The position numbers and the translations under genes are program-made. The notes under the pieces were generated by a model, which was given only the letters and a program-made list of their open reading frames with translations, searched no databases and had not been told where the DNA came from. Below are positions 47,155-56,452 of a stretch of DNA of 64,000 nucleotides, one piece after another; the stretch's first letter is position 1; the number at the start of each line of letters is the position of its first letter. Source of the DNA: an uncultured Chloroflexia bacterium (GTDB lineage: Bacteria > Chloroflexota > Limnocylindria > Limnocylindrales > CSP1-4); NCBI GenBank assembly GCA_963833225.1, contig CAWHXD010000008.1:64001-128000 (forward strand). Direction: 5' to 3'.

Positions 47155-48762
47155 CTACTCCACGATCGAGTCCGTGAACGTGATCGAGCTGCCGAGGAAG
47201 AAGATCCCGGGGTACGTCCAGAACCCGTCTCCAGTGTTGTTGCGGAGGACCGAGCCCACGACCTCGACCGCCCCGGACCGATCGTTGCTGACGAAGAAGA
47301 TGGCGCTGCCGCCCTCGTGGTTCGAGGTGTTGCCCTCGATCCGGGTGCCCTCGACGTGGAGCGTCATCGCGTTGCCGTCGTTGTAGATCGCGCCGCCATT
47401 GCCACCGCCGGGCGTGCCGGGCTTGGCGGGGTTGGCCCCGGTGCCGGTGGCCCGATTGCCGGTGAACAGGCTGTTGAGGATCGTCCACGACACGCCGATC
47501 GACGAGATCCCGCCGCCGTTGGAGCCCTCGTTGCGGCGCGCGCCCGTGCCACCGAACGTGCTGTCGACGACGTACACGGGCAGGCCGTTGAACTGCGAGA
47601 ACACCTGGATGGCGGCACCGCCCACGTCAGGCCCGGTCCCGGCGCACCGGTTGCCGTAGAAGCCGGCATTCACCACCCGGAACCGGCCGCCACGCACGAA
47701 GATCGCTCCCCCGCCGTCCATCGTGTCCTTGCCCCTGGTACGCCCGTCCACGAACGTGATGTTCTGGACGGTCAGCGTGGGGTGGGCCTGGTCCTGGCAG
47801 TGGTCCGTGGTCCACACGAGGTCCGGGTCGCAGGTGTTCATGTACAGGATCCGCCGGGCGTCCTGGCCGTCGAGCGTCACGAGCCCGCCGCCGTCGATCA
47901 CCACGTCGGGGTGGTTGTTGAACACCCGGGCCGTCTCGGCCATCTTGATGGTCACGGGCTCGGGGCCACAGTCGAACGTGATCACGCCGCCTGCGGCCAC
48001 CGCGTTGACCACGGCCTTGGAGGTACAGCTCGCCGGGGTCCCGTTGCCGATCACCCGGTCAGGCGACGACGTGTCCGCCGGCCCGGCGCCGGGCGGGACG
48101 GCTGCCGCCCCGTCGGGGTTGCCGGGGTCCGGCTGCGCGGGCGTGACCCGGGTGACGCCGATCACGCGGGCGAGGAACCCCGCCGTCTCGGCACGCGTGA
48201 TGGCGCGGTCCGGGCAGTACTGGTGGTGTCCGCAGCCGACCGCGAGACCCGCCGTGGCCAGCCGGTTGATCGCCGTCGAGAAGCGCGTCCCCGGGTGGAC
48301 GTCCTTGTACGGCATGGTGCCCGTCGCCGTGAGCGCGAGCGCGCGGCTCAGGAACTGCGCCATGCGGCCGCGCGTGACCCTGGTATCGGGGCAGAAGCGG
48401 TGGGCCTTGCACGGGGTCACGATCCCGGACGTCACCACCTTGTCGACGGCCTTGGCGAGCGCGGACCCGGAGACGTCACGGAACCGGATCCCGCTGGTCG
48501 CGGTGAGATGGAACGTCCGGGCGAGGAGCTTCGCCATCTCGCCGCGGTCGGCCCTGGCGTCGGGGCAGAACCTGCTGTTCCTGGGCGGGTTGCAGGGCTT
48601 CATGATCCCCGCCGCCACGACAGTCTCGATAGCGGCCTCGTACCGCGATCCGTTGTCGTCCACGAACCGACCGGAGCCGGCCGCGGCCGAGGTCGGGAAG
48701 GCCGCCGAGACGGCCAGGACGCCGATGGCCAGGATCAGCCGGAGGCGGCCGCCGATGGACAC
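47155..48762 (-). CDS. S-layer homology domain protein with C-terminal beta-helix-like domain
   Basis: Three SLH-like repeats (FCPDxxxxRGEMA, FCPDTRVTRGRMA, YCPDRAITRAETA); GGAI repeats. Confidence 0.82.
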   Translation of the reverse strand: MSIGGRLRLILAIGVLAVSAAFPTSAAAGSGRFVDDNGSRYEAAIETVVAAGIMKPCNPPRNSRFCPDARADRGEMAKLLARTFHLTATSGIRFRDVSGSALAKAVDKVVTSGIVTPCKAHRFCPDTRVTRGRMAQFLSRALALTATGTMPYKDVHPGTRFSTAINRLATAGLAVGCGHHQYCPDRAITRAETAGFLARVIGVTRVTPAQPDPGNPDGAAAVPPGAGPADTSSPDRVIGNGTPASCTSKAVVNAVAAGGVITFDCGPEPVTIKMAETARVFNNHPDVVIDGGGLVTLDGQDARRILYMNTCDPDLVWTTDHCQDQAHPTLTVQNITFVDGRTRGKDTMDGGGAIFVRGGRFRVVNAGFYGNRCAGTGPDVGGAAIQVFSQFNGLPVYVVDSTFGGTGARRNEGSNGGGISSIGVSWTILNSLFTGNRATGTGANPAKPGTPGGGNGGAIYNDGNAMTLHVEGTRIEGNTSNHEGGSAIFFVSNDRSGAVEVVGSVLRNNTGDGFWTYPGIFFLGSSITFTDSIVE

Positions 48763-48832
48763 AGTGTTGATCTCCCCGGACGGGTGGTCAGAGAGGCGAA
48801 CCTAGCAGGGCTATGGGGGTGCCACAAGCGGC

Positions 48833-50857
48833 CTATCCGTACTGGCCCCGCCTGGCCAGCGACGCCAGCCACTCGTCCCGATCGAGCGGGCTGGGGCCGG
48901 TGCGCCGGCGCGTCGGCGGGTCGTCCCCGCCAACGGGCTGGTAGCCGCCGGGGCGCCACTCCAGGATCCCCTCCCCCATCGACAGGCCGGGGAGCCGGGC
49001 CTGGAGGGTCCGGACGCTCGCGATGGGCATGACGGCGTCGACCCTGGACACGCCGTTCGCCGAGAACTGGCCGCGCACGCGACCATCGAGCCGGCCCAGC
49101 AGTGCCATGACGCCGGGCGTGGTCGACGCTGGCACCTCGAGCGCGAGATCCGCGAGCGGCTCGCACACCCAGGTTCCGGCCCGGTCGAGCGCCGCCAGGA
49201 GCACGAGCTGCGTGAGCCGCCGGTAGTCCGCCGCCGATGTCGCCGGCGAGCAGTACCCGCAGTCGGTCATGGTGACCCGGCAGTCGGTCACCTGCCAGCC
49301 GGCGAGACCCTCCGTCAGCGCCTCGCGGGCGTATGCCTCCATCTGCGTCACGAAGGTGTCGACGGTGTGGAACAGGTAGAGCGGGACCAGCTTCGGCTCC
49401 ACGTCGGCCCGGAACTCGACCCCGGATCCCGGCGGAGCCGGCTCGATCCGGAGCGCCAGCGTGGCCAGGAACGGGTTCGTGCTCAGCGGGGAGCTCCGAC
49501 CGGTGATGTTGGTGTGCGTCCTCGCGCTGATGACCTCCTCGGCCTCGCCGACCCGTGCGGGACGCTCGATGCATACCGTGGTCGTCTGCCGGAAGCTGGT
49601 ACCGATCCCGTACTCGCGCTCCAGCGTGGCCCCGATGACCTCCTTCTGGACCTCGCCGTAGAGCGAGACCGAGATCTCGTGCCGGTGATCATCCTGGCGG
49701 ACATCGATCAGCGGGTCCTGCTCGGCGAGCTGCGCGAGCGCCGCGCGGAGGCTCCCGGACTGCTCGGGCCGGAGCGGATACACGACCGCCTCCAGCGCCG
49801 GCCGCGGGAAGCGCGTGGCAACCGCCTCGCCCGGCGGCGGCTCCCCGATGGCGTCACCGACGCGGACCATCCCGAGACCGCGGACCGCCGCCATCTCCCC
49901 CGCCGTGAGGACGTCGCGACGGGGCGCGCCCGCTGGCGCGAAGACCTTGATCGATGTCGGCTTGGCCTCCTCCCCTCCCCCAACGCGGACGCGCTGACGA
50001 GGACGGAGCGTGCCCGCGAACAGCCGGACGTAGGCAAGGCGCTCGCCCGACACGGTCCGCTCGATCTTGAACACGCGACCCGAGACGGCCGCGTCCGGAT
50101 CGCCGCGGACACCGGAGAGGAGCTCGTCCGCACCCGCGAGCAGCGCGTCGATCCCCACGCCCCTCGCCGCCGAGCCGAAGTACACCGGGTGGACCCAGCC
50201 TCGGCGTGTCTGGGCGGCCACCTCCGCCCGCAGCCGCGACGGAGACAGCCCGGCCTCGTCCTGCACGTACGCTCGCAGGATCGCCTCGTCCCGTTCGGCC
50301 AGGATCTCCGTCAGTCTCGTGCGGTGGCCATCATCGTCCGGCGCGAACGGCACGAACGCGGCGTCCCGGGTGCCGGGCGACTGGACCGTGCCCATCGGCA
50401 CCACGCCCGGCGACAGCCGGCGGGCCATCGACGCCAGCACCCCCTCCGGGTCCGCACCGGCCCGGTCGATCTTGTTGACGAAGATCATGGTCGGGACGTG
50501 GAGGCGATGCAGGGCGCGGAACAGCAGCGGGGTCTGGGGCTGGACGCCCTCGACCGCGGGCACGACCAGGACCGCGCCGTCGAGCACGCTCAGGACACGC
50601 TCGACCTCCGCGATGAAGTCCGGGTGGCCGGGGGTGTCGACGAGGTTGACCGCGAGGTCGCCCACCAGGAACGAGGCGACCGCGGACCGGATGGTGATGC
50701 CGCGTTCGCGCTCGAGATCGAGCGAATCGGTCTGAGTGGTGCCGGCGTCGACGCTGCCGGCGCGATCGATGGCCCCTGCGGTGAACAGGAGCCGCTCGGT
50801 GAGGGTGGTCTTACCGGCGTCGACGTGAGCGAGAATGCCAAGGTTGAGCGTGCGCAT
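48833..50857 (-). CDS. TetM/TetO/OtrA-type ribosomal protection GTPase (EF-G paralog)
   Basis: NLGILAHVDAGKTT, ERERGITI, DTPGHPDF, NKID, LYGEVQKEV, domain IV loop GYCSPATSAADYR. Confidence 0.88.
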   Translation of the reverse strand: MRTLNLGILAHVDAGKTTLTERLLFTAGAIDRAGSVDAGTTQTDSLDLERERGITIRSAVASFLVGDLAVNLVDTPGHPDFIAEVERVLSVLDGAVLVVPAVEGVQPQTPLLFRALHRLHVPTMIFVNKIDRAGADPEGVLASMARRLSPGVVPMGTVQSPGTRDAAFVPFAPDDDGHRTRLTEILAERDEAILRAYVQDEAGLSPSRLRAEVAAQTRRGWVHPVYFGSAARGVGIDALLAGADELLSGVRGDPDAAVSGRVFKIERTVSGERLAYVRLFAGTLRPRQRVRVGGGEEAKPTSIKVFAPAGAPRRDVLTAGEMAAVRGLGMVRVGDAIGEPPPGEAVATRFPRPALEAVVYPLRPEQSGSLRAALAQLAEQDPLIDVRQDDHRHEISVSLYGEVQKEVIGATLEREYGIGTSFRQTTTVCIERPARVGEAEEVISARTHTNITGRSSPLSTNPFLATLALRIEPAPPGSGVEFRADVEPKLVPLYLFHTVDTFVTQMEAYAREALTEGLAGWQVTDCRVTMTDCGYCSPATSAADYRRLTQLVLLAALDRAGTWVCEPLADLALEVPASTTPGVMALLGRLDGRVRGQFSANGVSRVDAVMPIASVRTLQARLPGLSMGEGILEWRPGGYQPVGGDDPPTRRRTGPSPLDRDEWLASLARRGQYG

Positions 50858-50915
50858 GGAGCCTCATGCCTTCCAAGGAGGTGATCACCTTCTGGCTGGA
50901 CACGGGTGCTCCCAT
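50811..50915 (-). CDS. Putative 34-aa leader peptide overlapping the GTPase start out of frame
   Basis: SD AAGGAG, ATG 50915, MGAPVSSQKVITSLEGMRLHAHAQPWHSRSRRRR, stop 50813-50811. Confidence 0.55.
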   Translation of the reverse strand: MGAPVSSQKVITSLEGMRLHAHAQPWHSRSRRRR

Positions 50916-51021
50916 CTCGCTCCTTCCTCGCGAAACCGGCGCTGGCTGCGCCAGAACCAGCCTCGCATGCCGCGTCAAGCGAAGCGAGCCCGGAAGCTGG
51001 CGTTACGTCTCTGGCAGGTCG

Positions 51022-51831
51022 TCAGCGGAGGCGGCCACCCGGCCGGAAGCTGCCTCGCAGCCAGCGGATGAAGAACATGGCATGGCGATGGTAGGTGTCG
51101 ACGGTCACCGGCGCCCGACCGGCGGCCTCGATCGTGCGGGCGTACGCCGACGCCTGTCGCACGAGCTCGTCCGCGGTGACCGCGTCCCGCGGGACCGGGC
51201 GTCCTCCGGGGCCGGCGCCGCGCGGTCGGTATTCCCCGGTCCGCCAGTCGAGGAAGCGGCGCGCGTAGTCCCAGTAGCTGTGGATCGCGTTCGGGCGCAT
51301 GCCGGCATCCCGGCAGGCCTGCTCGTAGCGGGCAAGCTCGCGGACGAGCTGGGCGTCGTCCCACGGGCCTCCGTGCGGCGCGTGGGCCGCGCGTTGTTCC
51401 GCCATCCGCCGCCCCTCCACGAACGGGTTCTCGATGCGGACTCCGCCGTACATGGCGCCGTCGGCCAGGTCCTCCGTCAGCAGCCGCGAGCAGCCCGCCG
51501 CCTTCGCCGCCGCGATAATGAGCGCATCCCAGTACGAGACCTGCCACGCGCGAGTGCCCGAGATCGCTGCCGACACGAGCTCTGCGTCGATCGGAACGAC
51601 CGGCAGGTGACGCATTCGCTCGACCATGCTGCCGGCGGCGGCCTCCGTCACCCGTCGCCCGAACTTCTGGGTGACCGTGACGTAGAACTCCCCCAGCACC
51701 TGCGCCGACAGGACGAGAGCGCTCCCGCCCGACGGTTCCAGGACGGCGCGCGCCTGGGCCTGCTTGGCCGGCTCATCCGCATCGACCGCGTACACCCAGA
51801 CGTTGGTGTCAACGAAGGATCGGGCGGTCAT
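51022..51831 (-). CDS. PIN-domain toxin with C-terminal duplicated helical module
   Basis: FVDTNVWVYA, SAQVLGEF, SYWDALI, LLTEDL, IENPF, then two ~49-aa repeats. Confidence 0.85.
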   Translation of the reverse strand: MTARSFVDTNVWVYAVDADEPAKQAQARAVLEPSGGSALVLSAQVLGEFYVTVTQKFGRRVTEAAAGSMVERMRHLPVVPIDAELVSAAISGTRAWQVSYWDALIIAAAKAAGCSRLLTEDLADGAMYGGVRIENPFVEGRRMAEQRAAHAPHGGPWDDAQLVRELARYEQACRDAGMRPNAIHSYWDYARRFLDWRTGEYRPRGAGPGGRPVPRDAVTADELVRQASAYARTIEAAGRAPVTVDTYHRHAMFFIRWLRGSFRPGGRLR

Positions 51832-52054
51832 ACAGCTCGTCCCGCGTCCAGGTGCGCCCCGCTCCCCCACTCCCGGCAGTGGTGGCGTCAGCCAGCTCGA
51901 GGAAGGCCGTGAGCGCCTCCTCGGCCGGGTCCGGTCCGGCATATCGCTCGAGGTACGCGGCGACCAGCGCATTCACCGAGATGCCCTGCTCGAGCGCCCG
52001 ACGACGCGCCCTGCGGATGATGTCGCCCTCGATGGAGATGGTCAGGTTCGCCAT
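51809..52054 (-). CDS. RHH-type antitoxin (DUF6364-like)
   Basis: MANLTISI...ARRRALEQGISVNALV, WTRDELYDR; operator CCAGTG-TAG-CACTGG at 52062-52076. Confidence 0.82.
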   Translation of the reverse strand: MANLTISIEGDIIRRARRRALEQGISVNALVAAYLERYAGPDPAEEALTAFLELADATTAGSGGAGRTWTRDELYDRPILR

Positions 52055-52112
52055 AATGTCGCCAGTGTAGCACTGGTCACGCTGCGAACCGGCCCATGCG
52101 ACGATCAGCATC

Positions 52113-52991
52113 GTGCGCCGCCTCCTCGTCGTCGACTTCGCCAACATCGCCCATCGCGCCTACTTCGCCGGGCGTGGACGCCCGGCCTTCGCGCCTGACG
52201 GCCGGCCGGTGTTCCTGGTCAGCACGTTCCTGCGCTTCGTGCTGGCGAGGATCCGCGAGGAACAGGCGACCCACGTTGCGCTCGCGTTCGAGAGCACCAC
52301 GGGGTCGCGGCGCCGCGAGCTCTTTGCGGCCTACAAGCCGCGCAAGGCAGCGGAGCCGGACGACCTCCTCCCGCAGCTGCGCGATGCCAATATCGCCTGC
52401 GGCCGGATGGGCTGGGCGCGCTATCGCGCCGAGGGCTGGGAGGCAGACGACGCGATGGCGGGCATCGCGGACGCGGCGCTGGCCGCAGGGTTCGACGAGG
52501 TCCTGCTCCACACCGGCGACCACGACCTGCTGGGCATGGTCGGCGACCGGGTGGCGGTGCTGATGCCTCGGGCCGGCGGGGGCGTCGACCGCTATGACGC
52601 CAGCGAGGTCGAGCAGCGCAGCCCGTATCGCGTGCCGCCCGCGCTGGTGGCGGACGTGAAGGCGCTCATCGGCGACTCGACCGACGGCTACGGCGGCGTT
52701 CGGGGGATCGGACCGGCGGTCGGGCCGGACCTGGTCCGGCGGTTCGGATCGCTGGCCGCGCTCTACGATCGACTGGACGAGGTCGAGGCCACCGGGGTGC
52801 GCAACCGGCTGCTGGCCGGGCGCGAGGATGCGTTCCGCTGCCTCGATCTTGCCACCCTGCGTCGTGGCGCTCCCCTGTCGCCGGCGTTCGATCCCGGTGC
52901 CGGACGCGTGGGGACGCATGACCCCGCACGGGCTGCCGCCTGGCTGACGTCGATGGGCCTGCCGGAGCTGATCCGCGCCCTGGACCCGTAA
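52113..52991 (+). CDS. Stand-alone 5'-3' exonuclease/flap endonuclease (PolA N-domain-like)
   Basis: LLVVD, RRRELFAAYK, EADD, TGDHDL, LIGDSTDGYGGVRGIG (H3TH). Confidence 0.88.
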   Translation: MRRLLVVDFANIAHRAYFAGRGRPAFAPDGRPVFLVSTFLRFVLARIREEQATHVALAFESTTGSRRRELFAAYKPRKAAEPDDLLPQLRDANIACGRMGWARYRAEGWEADDAMAGIADAALAAGFDEVLLHTGDHDLLGMVGDRVAVLMPRAGGGVDRYDASEVEQRSPYRVPPALVADVKALIGDSTDGYGGVRGIGPAVGPDLVRRFGSLAALYDRLDEVEATGVRNRLLAGREDAFRCLDLATLRRGAPLSPAFDPGAGRVGTHDPARAAAWLTSMGLPELIRALDP

Positions 52992-53081
52992 CCCGGGAGC
53001 AGGCCCTGGCCCGGTCGCCGGACCCCATGCCAACCGCATCCGCCATTGACACGGAGACCCGTGAGGCGACAACGTACCCGC

Positions 53082-53477
53082 ATGGCCTTCATCGTTGTCT
53101 CCGACGCCCAGATCACCTGTGCCTTCGGTGCTGCCCCCGGCACGCTCACGGTCCTGCCGACCGGACCCGCGCTGCAGCAGATCGGCGGCAAGAACGTGGC
53201 CACGATCATGGACTTCAAGCCCAACGTGAACATCGCGCCCTTCGGGATGTGCACCACGTTGTCCAACCCGCAGGTGGCCTCCGCGACCTCCGCGGCCCAG
53301 GGCGTCCTCACGCCCCAGCCCTGCATCCCCGTGACCACGTCGCCCTGGAACCCGGGCTCTTCGACCCTGATGCTCGGCGGACAGCCGGTCCTCACGGATC
53401 CGTCGACCTGCATGTGCGCCTGGGGCGGGCAGATCTCGGTGATCAACCCGGGCCAGCAGACCGTCACCACCGGGTAA
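53082..53477 (+). CDS. DUF4280 (PAAR-like) protein
   Basis: AQITCAFG, ATIMDFKPNVNIAPFGMC, PCIP, CMCAWGGQI. Confidence 0.9.
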   Translation: MAFIVVSDAQITCAFGAAPGTLTVLPTGPALQQIGGKNVATIMDFKPNVNIAPFGMCTTLSNPQVASATSAAQGVLTPQPCIPVTTSPWNPGSSTLMLGGQPVLTDPSTCMCAWGGQISVINPGQQTVTTG

Positions 53478-53579
53478 CCGGGTCACGGACCCCCGGGCGG
53501 GCTGACCGGCGGCCGGCCCGCCGTCCCTGTGAGTACAATCCGGCCGACGGCTGACCCGGTCCGCAGGAGTGTTCGCAGC

Positions 53580-54041
53580 GTGAGCGCCCTCCATATCCCC
53601 AAGAACCAGCTGATGCTCATCGCCGGCGTCGTGTGGTGTGCGGCGGGTGCCATGGTCAGCGTGATCGGCCTGCCGCTCGAAGCCGGGCTGGCGCCGGCGC
53701 ACCTGGTCCTGATCCCGCTCAGCGTCGTGATCTTCGTCCTGTTCTACTTCTTCGTCTTCTCGCGGCTGGTCCGCAAGCACACCGACCGGATCCGAGCCCG
53801 GGCGGAGGAGCGGCTCCCCTTCTGGCACTTCTTCAACGCGTCATCGTGGGCGGTGATGGCGGTGATGATGGGCGGCGGGATGGCGCTCCGCCAGTCACAC
53901 GTCATGCCGGACTGGATGATCGCCTTCTTCTACAGCGGCCTGGGCGTGGCACTCTTCCTGTGTGGCGTCCAGTTCCTTGGCGTGTTCGCCCGCAAGGACG
54001 TCCTGGCGGCCAGCCCGGAGCGGGTCCGCTCCGACGCGTAG
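53580..54041 (+). CDS. Four-TM membrane protein
   Basis: Hydrophobic helices; coding bias. Confidence 0.7.
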   Translation: MSALHIPKNQLMLIAGVVWCAAGAMVSVIGLPLEAGLAPAHLVLIPLSVVIFVLFYFFVFSRLVRKHTDRIRARAEERLPFWHFFNASSWAVMAVMMGGGMALRQSHVMPDWMIAFFYSGLGVALFLCGVQFLGVFARKDVLAASPERVRSDA

Positions 54042-54145
54042 CCGGCCGGAAGCGCCGGGCCGGGCCCGCCGACCCCGAAGTACCAGGCCGGCTGACGTCC
54101 GGGTCGGGGACGCGCCCCGTGGACAGCGCGCACCATCCGCGCGTC

Positions 54146-55522
54146 ATGGCCGGCTTGACCAGTGGTCCTCGCGTCGCGGATCCCCGCACCCGGGTCGGTG
54201 CCGCGCTGGCGCTTGCCCTGACCGCGCTGGCGTTGGCCTCTCCATCCGCCTTCGCGGCTGACCCGTCGCCCGAACCCACGCCGCTCGTGTTCCACACGCC
54301 CCAGTACCTGGTCTGGATGGACGGCCACTCGACGTCCGGCGGTCCGGTGGAGGACAACGCGTACTGGCTGTACGTGGCACCGCCGGACGAGAATGGCGAG
54401 TTCCGGGTTCCCGACGGTGGCGGCGGCGTCTTCCATTACCGGGGCCACCTCGTTGGGGGCCCGTTTGCGGGTTCCGAGGATGCCTGCCCCGCCATGCTCG
54501 CCGTGGGCGTTCCCATCCTGCAGGCATGGCTGGTAGCGGCAGGCGAGACCGCGCAGGTGGTCGACTGCGCGGCCCAGGCAGTGACACCGGAGCCGCCAGC
54601 AATGGAGCCTGCCGACGGGGCGCCCGCTGATCCCGAAGCGCTCGGGATCGCCGTGGCCCTGATCGGCCTGCTCCTGGTCGGCGGCGGCGCCGTGCTCGGC
54701 GCCGGAGCGGGCAGTGCAACCCTGCGACCGGAACCCGCCGATGCCCCAGAGCCGGAAATCAGGGAGCCGAGCGAGCCTGAGCGTCCCGCGGACCCGTGCG
54801 CCGCCCAGGCCGAGGTGGTTGGACAGGCCAGCGCGCGCGGGCGCTACCTCAATGACCTGCTGATGGCCTGCCGCCGAAACGAGGCGCTGCTCCAGGAGCA
54901 GATCGACACGATCACGAGCCTCGTCCTGCCGGGCAGCGTGATGCTCGATCTTGGGTTTGTCGCGGGCGGCCTCTCGGGCGGCCTGGGGCTCAGCCTGTTC
55001 GAATCCGCGACCTTCCGCGCCGCCGTAGGCGAAGCGATCGCCAAGGACGTCATCAAGGAGCTCGCCAAGCAGGCGCTGGGCAGCGCGGGCGGCGTCCTGG
55101 AGCCGGGCAAGGTCGGCGCCGAGGGCCTGACGAGCGGGATCAAGCAGACGCTCCTGGAGGGTCTCGAGCGCGCGATCGTCAACCACCGCTTCTTCAATTC
55201 GATCGCCCCGACGGCGCCGACCCGCGTCTTCCGGAACGGCGGCGAGTACGCCTCCTTCGTGCACGAGCTGGAGGGGTATGCGCACGACGTCGCAACGCCC
55301 ATCAAAGACGGTCTCGGAGCGATCATCGACCTCTACAGCGGCGTGACGGGGGCGATCGACCTGTACCAGCGTCTTGACCAGCTGCGCGGGATCCGCGATC
55401 GGATCGCGGACAGGCGGGTGAACCTGGAGCTGGAGTTCGAGGATGCGATCGGCAGCCATCGAGACGCCGCGGAGCGTCTCGCGCACTGCCGTGAGATCAC
55501 CGCCCCGGGACACCGCTGGTGA
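54146..55522 (+). CDS. Hypothetical exported/membrane protein with helical C-terminal region
   Basis: Signal peptide, TM helix, coiled-coil-like region. Confidence 0.7.
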   Translation: MAGLTSGPRVADPRTRVGAALALALTALALASPSAFAADPSPEPTPLVFHTPQYLVWMDGHSTSGGPVEDNAYWLYVAPPDENGEFRVPDGGGGVFHYRGHLVGGPFAGSEDACPAMLAVGVPILQAWLVAAGETAQVVDCAAQAVTPEPPAMEPADGAPADPEALGIAVALIGLLLVGGGAVLGAGAGSATLRPEPADAPEPEIREPSEPERPADPCAAQAEVVGQASARGRYLNDLLMACRRNEALLQEQIDTITSLVLPGSVMLDLGFVAGGLSGGLGLSLFESATFRAAVGEAIAKDVIKELAKQALGSAGGVLEPGKVGAEGLTSGIKQTLLEGLERAIVNHRFFNSIAPTAPTRVFRNGGEYASFVHELEGYAHDVATPIKDGLGAIIDLYSGVTGAIDLYQRLDQLRGIRDRIADRRVNLELEFEDAIGSHRDAAERLAHCREITAPGHRW

Positions 55523-55529
55523 GCGCGAC

Positions 55530-56360
55530 ATGAAGCCCGGGACCAGGCGCCGCGCGTCGCGGGCCTCGATGCTTGCCGGGGCGCTGCTGTTCGTCGTTGG
55601 TGTCGGGATCAGGATGGGCATGGTTCCCGCCGGCGGCGTCGCCGGCCAAGGCCCCAGCGAGGGCCCGAGCGTGGCATCGCCGGAGCCCACTCGCGTGCCG
55701 CCGGCCCCGTCCACCGCCTCCGTTGCGCCATCGGCAGCGGCGGTGCCCGCGCCCACGCTCAAGCCATCGGCCAGCCCGACACCCGCGCCGGTGAGTCCAG
55801 CGCCGACCCCTGAGACCTGGTTCGCGGATGACTTCGACACGGTGGGCGCCTGGCCGGTCGGCAACCTCGACCTGCTCAAGGCCGAGGTGTCGGGCGGGGT
55901 CTACCGCGTCATCGCACAGCCTGTCGACCTCCCCGTCGTGGTGGTCGCCGGTGCCAGCGACGGGTGGCCTGGCGCCGACCTGACCCTCTCCGCGGATGTG
56001 GGCCTCGCTGCTGACGCCGACGCGTCGAGCGCCGTCGGCCTCGTGATCGAGGACGCAGACGGCACGAGGCTGCTCGCGCTGGTCTCGGCCGGTGGACGGG
56101 TCATGTTGGCGCGCGATTCGATGGAGTCGTTCGATGTGGTGGCGTCAGGGTCCATCCCGGCGCCGTCGGGACGCATCCACCTGGGCCTGGAGCTCGCGTC
56201 CGGCCGCGCCACCGTGACGATCGACGGCTCACCGATCGCCGCCGCAACGGCCACCCTCGACCCGGCGTTCGTAGGCCTCGCCTTCTGGGCGTCCGGGACC
56301 CGCACGCGGTTCGAGGTGGACAGCTATGGGGTCTGGTCCTCCCCTCGCGATCCCGCCTGA
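55530..56360 (+). CDS. Hypothetical exported protein (beta-sandwich-like)
   Basis: N-terminal TM, Pro/Ser/Thr linker, WFADDF start of a globular domain. Confidence 0.7.
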   Translation: MKPGTRRRASRASMLAGALLFVVGVGIRMGMVPAGGVAGQGPSEGPSVASPEPTRVPPAPSTASVAPSAAAVPAPTLKPSASPTPAPVSPAPTPETWFADDFDTVGAWPVGNLDLLKAEVSGGVYRVIAQPVDLPVVVVAGASDGWPGADLTLSADVGLAADADASSAVGLVIEDADGTRLLALVSAGGRVMLARDSMESFDVVASGSIPAPSGRIHLGLELASGRATVTIDGSPIAAATATLDPAFVGLAFWASGTRTRFEVDSYGVWSSPRDPA

Positions 56361-56452
56361 GTCTGGTCTCGTCGCAACAGGGCCCGGGCAGGCGCCGGGC
56401 ATTCGAGATCGCCGGTCGCGACGGGCGCGGTGATGCTGCGCATACTGTCGAC

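Noticed and set aside
48833-50857. Assigning a specific tet/otr resistance gene symbol
   Set aside because: The family is clear, but identity to a validated determinant and actual resistance cannot be established by eye
50875-50886. 16S rRNA gene fragment
   Set aside because: Only the 12-nt anti-SD matches; flanks are unrelated to rRNA
52046-52073. Second dif-like site (GTTCGCCATAA-TGTCGC...)
   Set aside because: No TTAT right arm; the sequence is explained by the antitoxin start codon and its operator
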